From assembly GCA_040755995.1 (NCBI GenBank), contig JBFMAF010000035.1, positions 224,001-288,000 on the forward strand: 64,000 bases of DNA, in the 5' to 3' direction. Under the pieces are notes generated by a model. The model ran no database searches and had not been told where the DNA came from. It saw only the letters and a program-made list of their open reading frames with translations. Shown piece by piece: positions 54,861 through 62,909 of this stretch (its first letter is position 1; each line of letters opens with the position of its first letter). The translations under genes and the position numbers were made by a program. The stretch comes from Acidobacteriota bacterium (GTDB lineage Bacteria; Acidobacteriota; CAIWXX01).

Positions 54861-56939
54861 CTACTGCACCTTCACCCGCACGTCCACCGCCACGGGGGCC
54901 GCGGGGGCCGGGTAGGCGAAGACCGGGTTCACGTCCATCTCTACGATGTCGCGGAAATCGGCGACGAGGCGCGAGACTCTCACGAGCGTCTCCTCCAGAG
55001 CCCCCAGGTCGACGCCGGCCTGGCCGCGGACGCCTTCCAGCAGCGGGAAGGCCTTGATGTCGCGCATCGCCTGCCTCGCCTCGATACGCGTCATCGGCGC
55101 CACGCAGAAGGTGACGTCCTTCATCACTTCGACGAAAAGGCCACCGAGACCGAACATGATGAGCGAGCCCAGGCCCGGAGCGGCCGATGCGCCGATGATG
55201 AGCTCGCGTCCCGCCTGCTTCTGCTCCTGCAGAATGTACGCCGCGCCTCGGCCCTTGAAACGGCGCTGCATTTCGCCGAAAGCCGACGCCAGCTCCGGGG
55301 CGCTCCCGATGCCCAGGACGACCCCGCCCTCGTCGGTCTTGTGTACTACGTCTGTAGAATCTACCTTCAGCACGCACGGGAAGCCCACTCGCCCAGCCGC
55401 GGCCTCAAGCTCGTCCTCCCGGGCGATCACCGCCATCCGGGGAACGCCGATCCCGTAAGCGGAAAGCAGGCTGAAGGCGTCGAGCTGGCTGAGGTAGGCG
55501 CCCTTGCCGCGGTACCGCCCAACGATCGCCTCGGCCGCCGCCCGGTCGACAGCCATCTCCTCCGGCGCCTCCACATTGCGGTCGCGGTAAGCGCCGTAGC
55601 GGGCCATGGCGGCCAGCGCACGGGCTCCGTCTTCTGCGAACTCGTAAACCGGGACTCCGGTCGAGCGCAGCTGGGTGATGATTCCAGCCCATTTCTCGAA
55701 AGTCTCCACGACCACCACGACGGGCTTCGCCGCCCCTTCCGTGGCTTCCTTGATCCTCCTGGCGATGGCTTCCAGGTCGACGAACGGAGCCGTCACGAAG
55801 AACACCAGCACCATGTCGACTCCGTCCTCCTTGAGGAGCGTGTCGACGGCGGAGTAGAAGTGGTCCGCGCCCGCTGTCGCCACCACGTCGACGGGGTTGC
55901 CGAGGCTGGCCTCGGCGTACAGGCTCTCCTTCAGGCGCTGCCGGCCGGCCTCGGACCATTTCGCCAGAACCAGGCCGTTGTCGACAGACTCGTCGACCGC
56001 CTGTATTCCGGGGCCTCCGGTGTTGGTGATGATCCCGATCCTGCGACCCTTCGGCACCGGCTGGCACGAAAGCGCGATGGCGGCCTTGATCATCTCGTCG
56101 CTGTCGTGGAGCTCGACGACACCGGCCTTCTTGAACATCGCGGTGGCCATTGCAGCCTGGTCGACGAGCGTGCCCGTGTGCGACGAGACAGCGACGGTGC
56201 CCTCGCGGGTCCGCCCCGCCTTGATCGCCAGTATGGGCTTGCGCGGCGTGATCGCGCTGGCGACGCGCAGGAAGGCCGCCGGGTCCTTGAAGCTCTCTAT
56301 CTGCATCATGATCGCGACCGTGCCATCGTCCTGGCCGTAGTACTCGAGCAGCTCCGGCATCGTCAGATCGCACTCGTTGCCGTACGAGCAGTACAGGCGG
56401 TGGCCCAGGCCCACCTTGTGCAAATGGAGCTTGAGGAGCTCGCCCATGCCGCCGCCCTGGGCGATGATCGAAATGTTGCCCGGTTTCATCGGCACGAACG
56501 TGAAGTTCGCGTAAGCGGAAACCTCAGGATCCGAGTTCTGCACGCCTTGCGAATTCGGCCCAAAGATGCGTATGCCGTGCTTGTGGGCGAGCGCGACCAT
56601 CTCGCGTTCGCGCTTGATCCCCTCCTCGCCCACCTCCTTGAATCCCGCCGTGTGCACTATCGCAAACTTGACCCCCTTCTTGCCGCACTCCTCGATCACA
56701 CCGGGCACCAGCTTGTAGTTGACCGAGATGTTGACGAGATCGATCTCGTCCGGAACGTCGAGAACCGACTTGAAGCACCTGTACGTGGCGATGTGCCGGT
56801 CCTTGGGATTGATCGGGTAGATCGGCCCCTTGAAGCCGTGCGCAGCCAGGTTGCGGATAACGATGTGACCGATCGAGAACGGATTGTTCGACGCGCCGAT
56901 GACGGCGATCGAGCGCGGCTTGAAGAGCCCGTCAAGCAT
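54861..56939 (-). CDS. ADP-forming acyl-CoA synthetase (acetate-CoA ligase family, alpha-beta fusion)
   Basis: FKPRSIAVIGAS CoA-binding domain; phospho-His in SSHTG; NPVD; beta-domain HKTDEGGV; EMDVNP. Confidence 0.92.
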   Translation of the reverse strand: MLDGLFKPRSIAVIGASNNPFSIGHIVIRNLAAHGFKGPIYPINPKDRHIATYRCFKSVLDVPDEIDLVNISVNYKLVPGVIEECGKKGVKFAIVHTAGFKEVGEEGIKREREMVALAHKHGIRIFGPNSQGVQNSDPEVSAYANFTFVPMKPGNISIIAQGGGMGELLKLHLHKVGLGHRLYCSYGNECDLTMPELLEYYGQDDGTVAIMMQIESFKDPAAFLRVASAITPRKPILAIKAGRTREGTVAVSSHTGTLVDQAAMATAMFKKAGVVELHDSDEMIKAAIALSCQPVPKGRRIGIITNTGGPGIQAVDESVDNGLVLAKWSEAGRQRLKESLYAEASLGNPVDVVATAGADHFYSAVDTLLKEDGVDMVLVFFVTAPFVDLEAIARRIKEATEGAAKPVVVVVETFEKWAGIITQLRSTGVPVYEFAEDGARALAAMARYGAYRDRNVEAPEEMAVDRAAAEAIVGRYRGKGAYLSQLDAFSLLSAYGIGVPRMAVIAREDELEAAAGRVGFPCVLKVDSTDVVHKTDEGGVVLGIGSAPELASAFGEMQRRFKGRGAAYILQEQKQAGRELIIGASAAPGLGSLIMFGLGGLFVEVMKDVTFCVAPMTRIEARQAMRDIKAFPLLEGVRGQAGVDLGALEETLVRVSRLVADFRDIVEMDVNPVFAYPAPAAPVAVDVRVKVQ

Positions 56940-57771
56940 TCTTCTCTCCTTTGGCTATTCTGATGGCGTTGCCGGAGGTCGACGCGAGGATTGCAGCGCC
57001 GAGGGCGCCGGTGAGCTGCGGGCGAGGAGGCACCGTGACGCCTCGGCCCAGCTTCTGCGCAAAAATGTCGGCGACAGTAGGATTGTATTCGACGACACCG
57101 CCTGTCAATACAACTTCTCCGTCCATGGGATCCATCTCGACGACGCGGTGAATGACCGACAGAAACGTCCCCCGCACGATTCGTTCCACCGGCACGCCGC
57201 GCCGGAGGTGCGACAGCACCTCCGTCTTTGCAAAAACCGTGCAGAAGCTCGACAGCTGCACAGCATCGCTGGTGCTTCGCGCCAGGCGGTCCATGTCGCT
57301 CAGAGGGATCCCGAGCCGCAGCGCGATCTCTTCTATGAAGGCTCCAGTGCCTGCGGCGCACTTGCGATTCATCTTGAAGCCGAGCCGGCGGCCTTCGGCG
57401 TCGAGCCGGATGACCTTGTTGTCCTGCCCGCCGATGTCGATGATCGTGATGGCCCGGGGGAAGTAATGATAACAACCGACGCCATGACAATGGATCTCGG
57501 TGATCGACTCCCGGGCGAAGGAGACGTTGTCCCGGCCGTAGCCGGTAGAGACCGTGTAGGCCACTTCGTCCTTGCCGGCGCCGACCTGCGACAGAGCCGT
57601 CTCGAGCGCGGCCTTGGAGGTCGCATCGTAGTCGACACCCGAAAGCATCGCGACATGAGCCTTGATGGACCTGGTGTCGTCGATCAGCACGAGTTTCGTG
57701 GCGGAGGCCCCTACGTCGACACCGCAGTAGACTCTGCGGGACGCTTCTGTGTGCTGTAGCTTCTCAACCAT
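56932..57771 (-). CDS. 2-hydroxyacyl-CoA dehydratase activator (BadF/BadG/BcrA/BcrD ATPase)
   Basis: GVDVGASATK, TGYGR, DIGGQDNK, MNRKCAAGTG, SSFCTVFA and GALGAA. Confidence 0.93.
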   Translation of the reverse strand: MVEKLQHTEASRRVYCGVDVGASATKLVLIDDTRSIKAHVAMLSGVDYDATSKAALETALSQVGAGKDEVAYTVSTGYGRDNVSFARESITEIHCHGVGCYHYFPRAITIIDIGGQDNKVIRLDAEGRRLGFKMNRKCAAGTGAFIEEIALRLGIPLSDMDRLARSTSDAVQLSSFCTVFAKTEVLSHLRRGVPVERIVRGTFLSVIHRVVEMDPMDGEVVLTGGVVEYNPTVADIFAQKLGRGVTVPPRPQLTGALGAAILASTSGNAIRIAKGEKNA

Positions 57772-57852
57772 TCGCTACCGTCTCACCCCCGCCCCCTGTC
57801 CGCAGCAAGACTCCGTGTCGATCCTCAGCCACCGACTCATGGCCGACCACCT

Positions 57853-57884
57853 ATTCCGCATTCCGGATTCCGAATTCCGCATTC
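57853..57884. repeat. Heptamer tandem repeat (ATTCCGN) x4
   Basis: ATTCCGC ATTCCGG ATTCCGA ATTCCGC ATTC. Confidence 0.7.
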
Positions 57885-59139
57885 AATTATGGTGGTCGTG
57901 AAGCTGTTCGATCAGCGCCTCGAACTGAGTCCGTGCCTGCTCGTCCGAGTACAGTCGCAGGTCGTTCAGGTCGCCGTTGATGACGACGTAGGGCAGGCCC
58001 AGCTTCTTGGCAAGCCTGCCGGGCATGCCGTAGCGGTTGTTGGAGTTGTTCGGGCAGGTCTTGGCGTCGTGGTAGATGAACCCGTCGATCTGGTAGTCGC
58101 GGGCCATCGACGCAAGGTACTCTTCCTTGAACGACTCGGCGCGCACGATGAAGAGCTCGGTATAAGCCCGGGCCATTCCTTCGAACGGGTCGGGGCACTC
58201 GATCGCCTCGAAGATCCAGCTGTTGCAGTAGGTGGACGCCACCACACAGGACTGATGTCTCGCAAACAGCTCGGCGTGTTCGCGGAGCTTGCCCCAGACG
58301 GGCATGCCTTCCCAGTAGAAGCGCAGTGCTTCGGCGTCGACGGCTCCGACGTTGCCCTGCACACGCTCCTCGAGCTCCGCGACGAGGATCTCGTAGTACC
58401 GCTCGGCGCGCGGGTCGCCGCGCAGCACGACGGCGGGCCCCATGTGTATCGTGCCGTCGAAGAAGGTCAGGGGCGACGGCCGGTGCTCGGCGCTCCTCAG
58501 CACCCGTTTCCAGAGCTTGGTGCAGCGGAGCGAGGAGGCCATGACATCCCTGAGGCGATCGACGTCGAACCGGGCGCCGGAGACGGACTCGAGCGTTCGG
58601 ATGAGCGCCCTGTACTGGCCGATGAGCCCGTTCAGGTGGTCGGCGGTTATGTCGCCGACGCTTCGCGGAGTCTCGATTCCGATGAACGGCACACCGAACT
58701 CACGCTGGTAGAAGGCCAGCCAATCCTGCACGTCGCGGCACTGGTTGGTGTTGTAGACGAGCACGTCCGGGCGCGGCACGCTCTCGATCCCGAATGCCTT
58801 TGTCAGAGGCGTGGACTTGCGCAGGTACGAGCCCACGTCGCTCGTCAGGTATGAGCAGATGTCCGGTGAGTAACCGATAGCGTTGGCCGCGGGTATGAGG
58901 TCCGCGGCGACGCGCGATGAGCCCAGCATGGCGCCGTGGTTCTCGGGGAAGTAGACGAGGAAGCCGAACGCCCGCAGCAGCTCCGCGGGTCCCACACTGG
59001 TGCACCACGCAACCGGCGCCGACCGCGTGCGCGCGGCCTCATCGAGCTCCTTGAAGTATTCAGCCATGAGATCCCGCATCGGCCCTGCCGAGCGGATCTT
59101 CTTGATCGCGACGCTCTTCTCCTTCGCCTCTGAACTCAC
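57883..59139 (-). CDS. 2-hydroxyacyl-CoA dehydratase / benzoyl-CoA reductase-family Fe-S subunit
   Basis: PENH, DICSY, NQCRD, KTCPN and GDLNDLR...QARTQFEAL. Confidence 0.88.
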   Translation of the reverse strand: MSSEAKEKSVAIKKIRSAGPMRDLMAEYFKELDEAARTRSAPVAWCTSVGPAELLRAFGFLVYFPENHGAMLGSSRVAADLIPAANAIGYSPDICSYLTSDVGSYLRKSTPLTKAFGIESVPRPDVLVYNTNQCRDVQDWLAFYQREFGVPFIGIETPRSVGDITADHLNGLIGQYRALIRTLESVSGARFDVDRLRDVMASSLRCTKLWKRVLRSAEHRPSPLTFFDGTIHMGPAVVLRGDPRAERYYEILVAELEERVQGNVGAVDAEALRFYWEGMPVWGKLREHAELFARHQSCVVASTYCNSWIFEAIECPDPFEGMARAYTELFIVRAESFKEEYLASMARDYQIDGFIYHDAKTCPNNSNNRYGMPGRLAKKLGLPYVVINGDLNDLRLYSDEQARTQFEALIEQLHDHHN

Positions 59140-59224
59140 GACCCTGTCCCTCCTGCAGATTCCAAAAGTCGCATGGACAATCGAGTGGAGTTGCCCCTAG
59201 CCGCTCTAACCAAAGTCCATCGCC

Positions 59225-59253
59225 AACGTAACATCGCCCCGTGGAATTGTCAA
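59225..59253 (-). promoter_or_regulatory. Sigma-70 promoter for the dehydratase-activator-ligase-symporter genes
   Basis: TTGACA(59253-59248)-N17-TACGTT(59230-59225) with a TG extension. Confidence 0.6.
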
Positions 59254-59364
59254 TTTGATCTCTGTCGCGCCAGCGCAGCCATTACGGGCCAGAGCGAGCC
59301 CGGAGGGTCGCGAGGGAAATGGATGGACGCTGAAGTGTATCGAGCGGACTGGGTGGGTAGGGAC

Positions 59365-59670
59365 CTACTTGATCTCTGCTGGACTCACCGGTAGCACCAG
59401 ACTGATCAACAACTTCTCCTCGTCGTCGAGTCCGGCCCTGTCGATGATGGCCCAGAGGAGCTCTTGTTTCGCACGCTCGTTCTTGATTTTATCGAATTGA
59501 CGTGAAATCACCATCACGTGAATGTTGTCTTTGTACCCATCGGATATGTCTACCAGAGCTTCATCCGGCGGGAGTGCTTTAGGGAAAGCCTCCGCGAGGA
59601 TCTGTTTCACCTTGTCCCGGTTCACCCGCTGCCGGCGCGGCTCTGCCACCGTACCATGCGTCGTCTTCAT
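59365..59670 (-). CDS. Small BolA-like / degenerate nucleotidyltransferase-like protein
   Basis: NIHVMVISRQFDKIKNERAKQELLW resembles the BolA H-x-x-V-V-S-x-x-F pattern; it lies 12 bp downstream of the HEPN gene. Confidence 0.6.
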   Translation of the reverse strand: MKTTHGTVAEPRRQRVNRDKVKQILAEAFPKALPPDEALVDISDGYKDNIHVMVISRQFDKIKNERAKQELLWAIIDRAGLDDEEKLLISLVLPVSPAEIK

Positions 59671-59682
59671 TTCCGGTATCTC

Positions 59683-60120
59683 CTAGCAGCGGTTGCTGTC
59701 AATCCAAGCACACACCCTGCCTACGGCTTCCAGGAAGGTCTGTGCAGCCTCGGGTGGCAAGTTCCAAGGATCATACCGCCAGGAGACTCGCCAAGAATTC
59801 ACGGGACCGGCAAAATCTCGCCATACGTCGCTTCGTTGGAGACTGCTGTACAGCGGCAATTCCCTTGCGAGTGCATCGAGACCATGGTGATAGATGTCCT
59901 GGTCGGTGAACTTCCTCTTCTCGATCAGTTGTTCGAGCGTCTGGCAGCCGAAGACTTCCATGGCGATGGCCTTGAGTCTGCATTCGATCGCATACCCACC
60001 AAGGTAGCACGCCGCTCGTGTGTGGTTTCGGCCCGCACGCAGCACCGCCCGGGCATCCATGAGGCGCTTCAGCGCTGCCTTGCGAATGTCAGTCAATCCA
60101 TGGTGCTCGCGTCTGCTCAT
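59683..60120 (-). CDS. HEPN-domain protein
   Basis: DARAVL...ACYLGGYAIECRLKA...HGLDAL...WRVSWRYD...AQTFLEAV pattern. Probably leaderless: TACAAT ends 7 nt before the ATG. Confidence 0.78.
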   Translation of the reverse strand: MSRREHHGLTDIRKAALKRLMDARAVLRAGRNHTRAACYLGGYAIECRLKAIAMEVFGCQTLEQLIEKRKFTDQDIYHHGLDALARELPLYSSLQRSDVWRDFAGPVNSWRVSWRYDPWNLPPEAAQTFLEAVGRVCAWIDSNRC

Positions 60121-60282
60121 TCGGCCCATTGTAGATCGAATCTCAAACGGGTAGCAATCGGGAAAGTGCAGGCACTCAGCTGCCATCCGAGTATGTGGAA
60201 GAAGCGCCCGCAATGAGAGCCGGGGTGGGCAGCGCCGTAGGGCGGGTCCGCCCATGCCCGTTGCCGCCCGCCGGCTTGAGGG

Positions 60283-60744
60283 CTACGCCGCGACGTGGGG
60301 CGCGGGGGCCTTGCCCCAGGTCGTGCCCGGTTGCTCGATGGTGTAGAAGACCTTGATCTCCTCGGACTCCTCCACAAGCCTCGGCACCACCTGGATCTCC
60401 ATGCCGATCTGCACAGTGTCCCGGGGGATCGTTTCGCCGATCCACGCGAGCAGGCGTCCGCCGTCATCGAGGTCTACGACGCCGACCGTGTAGGGCGCTA
60501 CGTCCTCGAAGCCGGTGGGTGCCGCATGGATCGTGGAGTAGGTGTACAGCTTGCCCTTGCCGTTCCACTCGCGGAATGAGAACTCGCCTGACAGGCATTG
60601 CGGGCAGTCGGCGCGAGGAGGGAACGTGGCGTATCCGCATGACTTGCAGACCGACCCCATCAGGCGGCCGTCCTTCAGGTGGACCGCGAAGTCCTGCACT
60701 TTGGAATACGGAACGAAGCTGACCTTGCCGAACCAGCTGAACAT
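60283..60744 (-). CDS. DUF35 Zn-ribbon + OB-fold protein
   Basis: CKSCG...PPRADCPQC; GKLYTYS; PYTVGVVDL. Confidence 0.92.
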   Translation of the reverse strand: MFSWFGKVSFVPYSKVQDFAVHLKDGRLMGSVCKSCGYATFPPRADCPQCLSGEFSFREWNGKGKLYTYSTIHAAPTGFEDVAPYTVGVVDLDDGGRLLAWIGETIPRDTVQIGMEIQVVPRLVEESEEIKVFYTIEQPGTTWGKAPAPHVAA

Positions 60745-60747
60745 GTC

Positions 60748-61905
60748 CTAACCCCTCCTGAACACGTGCACGAATGCGTATTGGCCGATTCCGCCGATAT
60801 TGTGCGTAAGCCCCACATCGGCTCCAGGCACCTGGCGCTCGCCGGCCTGGCCCCGCAGCTGCTTCACCACCTCGTAGGCCATCGACGCGCCCGTTGCGCC
60901 GATCGGATGCCCCTTGGCCTTCAGCCCGCCGTCGACATTGACCGCCACCGGGCCTCCTATGTACGACCGCCTGTCAGCGATGAACCTGCCGCCCTCGCCC
61001 TTCTCGCAGAACCCCAGGTCCTCGTACGCCATGATCTCGGCGATCGTGAAGCAGTCGTGCACCTCGGCAACCTTGATGTCGCGGGCGGTGACGCGAGCCA
61101 TCTTGTAGGCCTGGCGCGCCGCTTCCGTGGCTGACGGCAGCGCGACGAGATCCGGGCGCCTCAGCACCGACATGCTGGCACTCGCGCAACCGACCCCATC
61201 CAGCCACACCACGCGATCGCCCGCGATCGCTCTGGCGCGATCTTCATGCGCCAGGATCAGGCATGCCGCGCCGTCGGCATTGGCGCAGCAGTCGTAGACG
61301 CAGAAGGGAGACGCCACGTCCTCGGATGCGAGCGCCTTCTCCAGCTGGATCTCCTTCTGGAACATCGCGTAAGGATTGCGCGCACCGTAGTAGTGGTTCT
61401 TCACCGCTACCTGCAGCAGTTGTTCGCGAGTCGTGCCGAACATGTGCATGTGGCGAGTGGCGAACATCGCATAGTAGGCGGGGAATGTGGTCCCGAAGAC
61501 CGACTCCCACTGCACCTCCCCTACTCGTCCCATCAAAGCCAGAATCTCGGCCGTCGACAGCTCCGTCATCTTCTGGCAGCCGATGACGACGACGACACGG
61601 TGCAGCCCGCTCTGGATCGCCATCCACGCCGTGCGCAGCGCGGCGCTCCCCGATGCGCACGCGACCTCGGTGAGCCATGTCGGGGCCGGCGTGAGGTTCA
61701 GGTACTCCTGCACGACCCCGGCGACCGAACGCTGCTTGTGGTATTCGGGCACTGCGCCGATCACCGACGCCTCGATCTCGTCGCGCGAGATGCCGGCATC
61801 CTTAACAGCCATGGCGAATGCCTCGAATGCGATCTCCTGCACGGTCGCATCGCTGCGCCGGCCGAATTTCGTATGACCGATTCCTACAACTCCAATTCGT
61901 GCCAT
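60748..61905 (-). CDS. SCP2-type (nonspecific lipid-transfer-like) thiolase
   Basis: GGAGG RBS; EVACASG, EVHDCF, GHPIGATG and HNIGG. Confidence 0.92.
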   Translation of the reverse strand: MARIGVVGIGHTKFGRRSDATVQEIAFEAFAMAVKDAGISRDEIEASVIGAVPEYHKQRSVAGVVQEYLNLTPAPTWLTEVACASGSAALRTAWMAIQSGLHRVVVVIGCQKMTELSTAEILALMGRVGEVQWESVFGTTFPAYYAMFATRHMHMFGTTREQLLQVAVKNHYYGARNPYAMFQKEIQLEKALASEDVASPFCVYDCCANADGAACLILAHEDRARAIAGDRVVWLDGVGCASASMSVLRRPDLVALPSATEAARQAYKMARVTARDIKVAEVHDCFTIAEIMAYEDLGFCEKGEGGRFIADRRSYIGGPVAVNVDGGLKAKGHPIGATGASMAYEVVKQLRGQAGERQVPGADVGLTHNIGGIGQYAFVHVFRRG

Positions 61906-61960
61906 CCGTCCCTCCGTGTATCGCCCCGGGCCCATCTCGACCGCCGGGCCCGTCAAGTCA

Positions 61961-62003
61961 CTCCGTCTCCGTTTCCGTTTCCCCGCTTCTCCGTTTCCGT
62001 TCC
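61961..62003. repeat. YTCCGT hexamer tandem repeat
   Basis: CTCCGT CTCCGT TTCCGT TTCCCC ... CTCCGT TTCCGT. Confidence 0.55.
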
Positions 62004-62055
62004 ATCCGTGCACGACGCACGCCGATGCTTGCGTCTGCACAAGGCCGTAACGCCT

Positions 62056-62805
62056 CTATATGTACTGTCCGCCGTCGATCTTGATGACTTCGCCCGTGAT
62101 GTGGCGGGAGAGGTCCGAGCAAAGGAAGGCGACCAGGTGGGCCACGTCCTCGGGGGTCGCGAAGCGTCCCACGACGGTCTCATCCATTGCTTTCTTGAGG
62201 AACTCGGGGGCGATGTTTTTCATCATCTCTGTCAGAACCATGCCGGGTGCGATCACATTCACGTTGACGTTGAATTTCCCCAGTTCCTTTGCCAGCGTCT
62301 TGGACAGCGCGATCTCACCGCCCTTGGATGCAGCGTAGTTGGCCTGGAAAGCCTTGCCTCGCATCCCGTTGATCGACGAGATGTTGACGATCTTGCCGTA
62401 CTTCTGGTCTTTGAAGACGATGCCGGCCGCCTTGTTGTAGTTGAAGTAGCCCTTGAGGTTCGTGGTGATCACGGTGTCCCACTGCTGCTCGGTCATCTTC
62501 CAGATGGCCCCGTCCCAGGTAATGCCGGCGTTGCACACCAGCATGTCGAGACGGCCGAAGGTCTCGACGGTCTGCTTCACCATGCGCTCGGCGTCGGCGT
62601 AGCTTGCGACGTCGGCCTTGACCGCGAGCCCTCTCCGCCCGAGCTTGCCTATCGCCTCGACCACCTCATTAGCTTCCTTGTCATGGCGGCGGTAGTTCAC
62701 GGCCACGTCTACACCTTCGCGGGCGAGTTCGAGAGCGATCGCACTCCCGATCCCCATGCTCCCGCCCGTAACGATCGCCCCCTTTCCTCTAAGTCCAAGA
62801 TCCAC
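62056..62805 (-). CDS. Short-chain dehydrogenase, 3-oxoacyl-(CoA/ACP) reductase-like
   Basis: TGGSMGIG, CNAG, NISS, YAASK and IAPG. Confidence 0.92.
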   Translation of the reverse strand: MDLGLRGKGAIVTGGSMGIGSAIALELAREGVDVAVNYRRHDKEANEVVEAIGKLGRRGLAVKADVASYADAERMVKQTVETFGRLDMLVCNAGITWDGAIWKMTEQQWDTVITTNLKGYFNYNKAAGIVFKDQKYGKIVNISSINGMRGKAFQANYAASKGGEIALSKTLAKELGKFNVNVNVIAPGMVLTEMMKNIAPEFLKKAMDETVVGRFATPEDVAHLVAFLCSDLSRHITGEVIKIDGGQYI

Positions 62806-62824
62806 GTCTATCCTCCATTCTTAT

Positions 62825-62879
62825 CCGTTCCCGTACCCGTCCGCGCGCCGGCTTCCGGCCTGGGCACGACGGAGCGGGT
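62825..62879. repeat. Degenerate third copy of the hexamer inverted-repeat element
   Basis: CCGT TCCCGT ACCCGT ... GGGCAC GACGGAGCGGGT. Confidence 0.45.
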
Positions 62880-62909
62880 GATGATTCATCGCTCTGAGGC
62901 CGCGGCTCG

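Noticed and set aside
1348..62879. Short repeats as a CRISPR array
   Set aside because: Units are 6-10 nt without unique spacers, and there are no cas genes.
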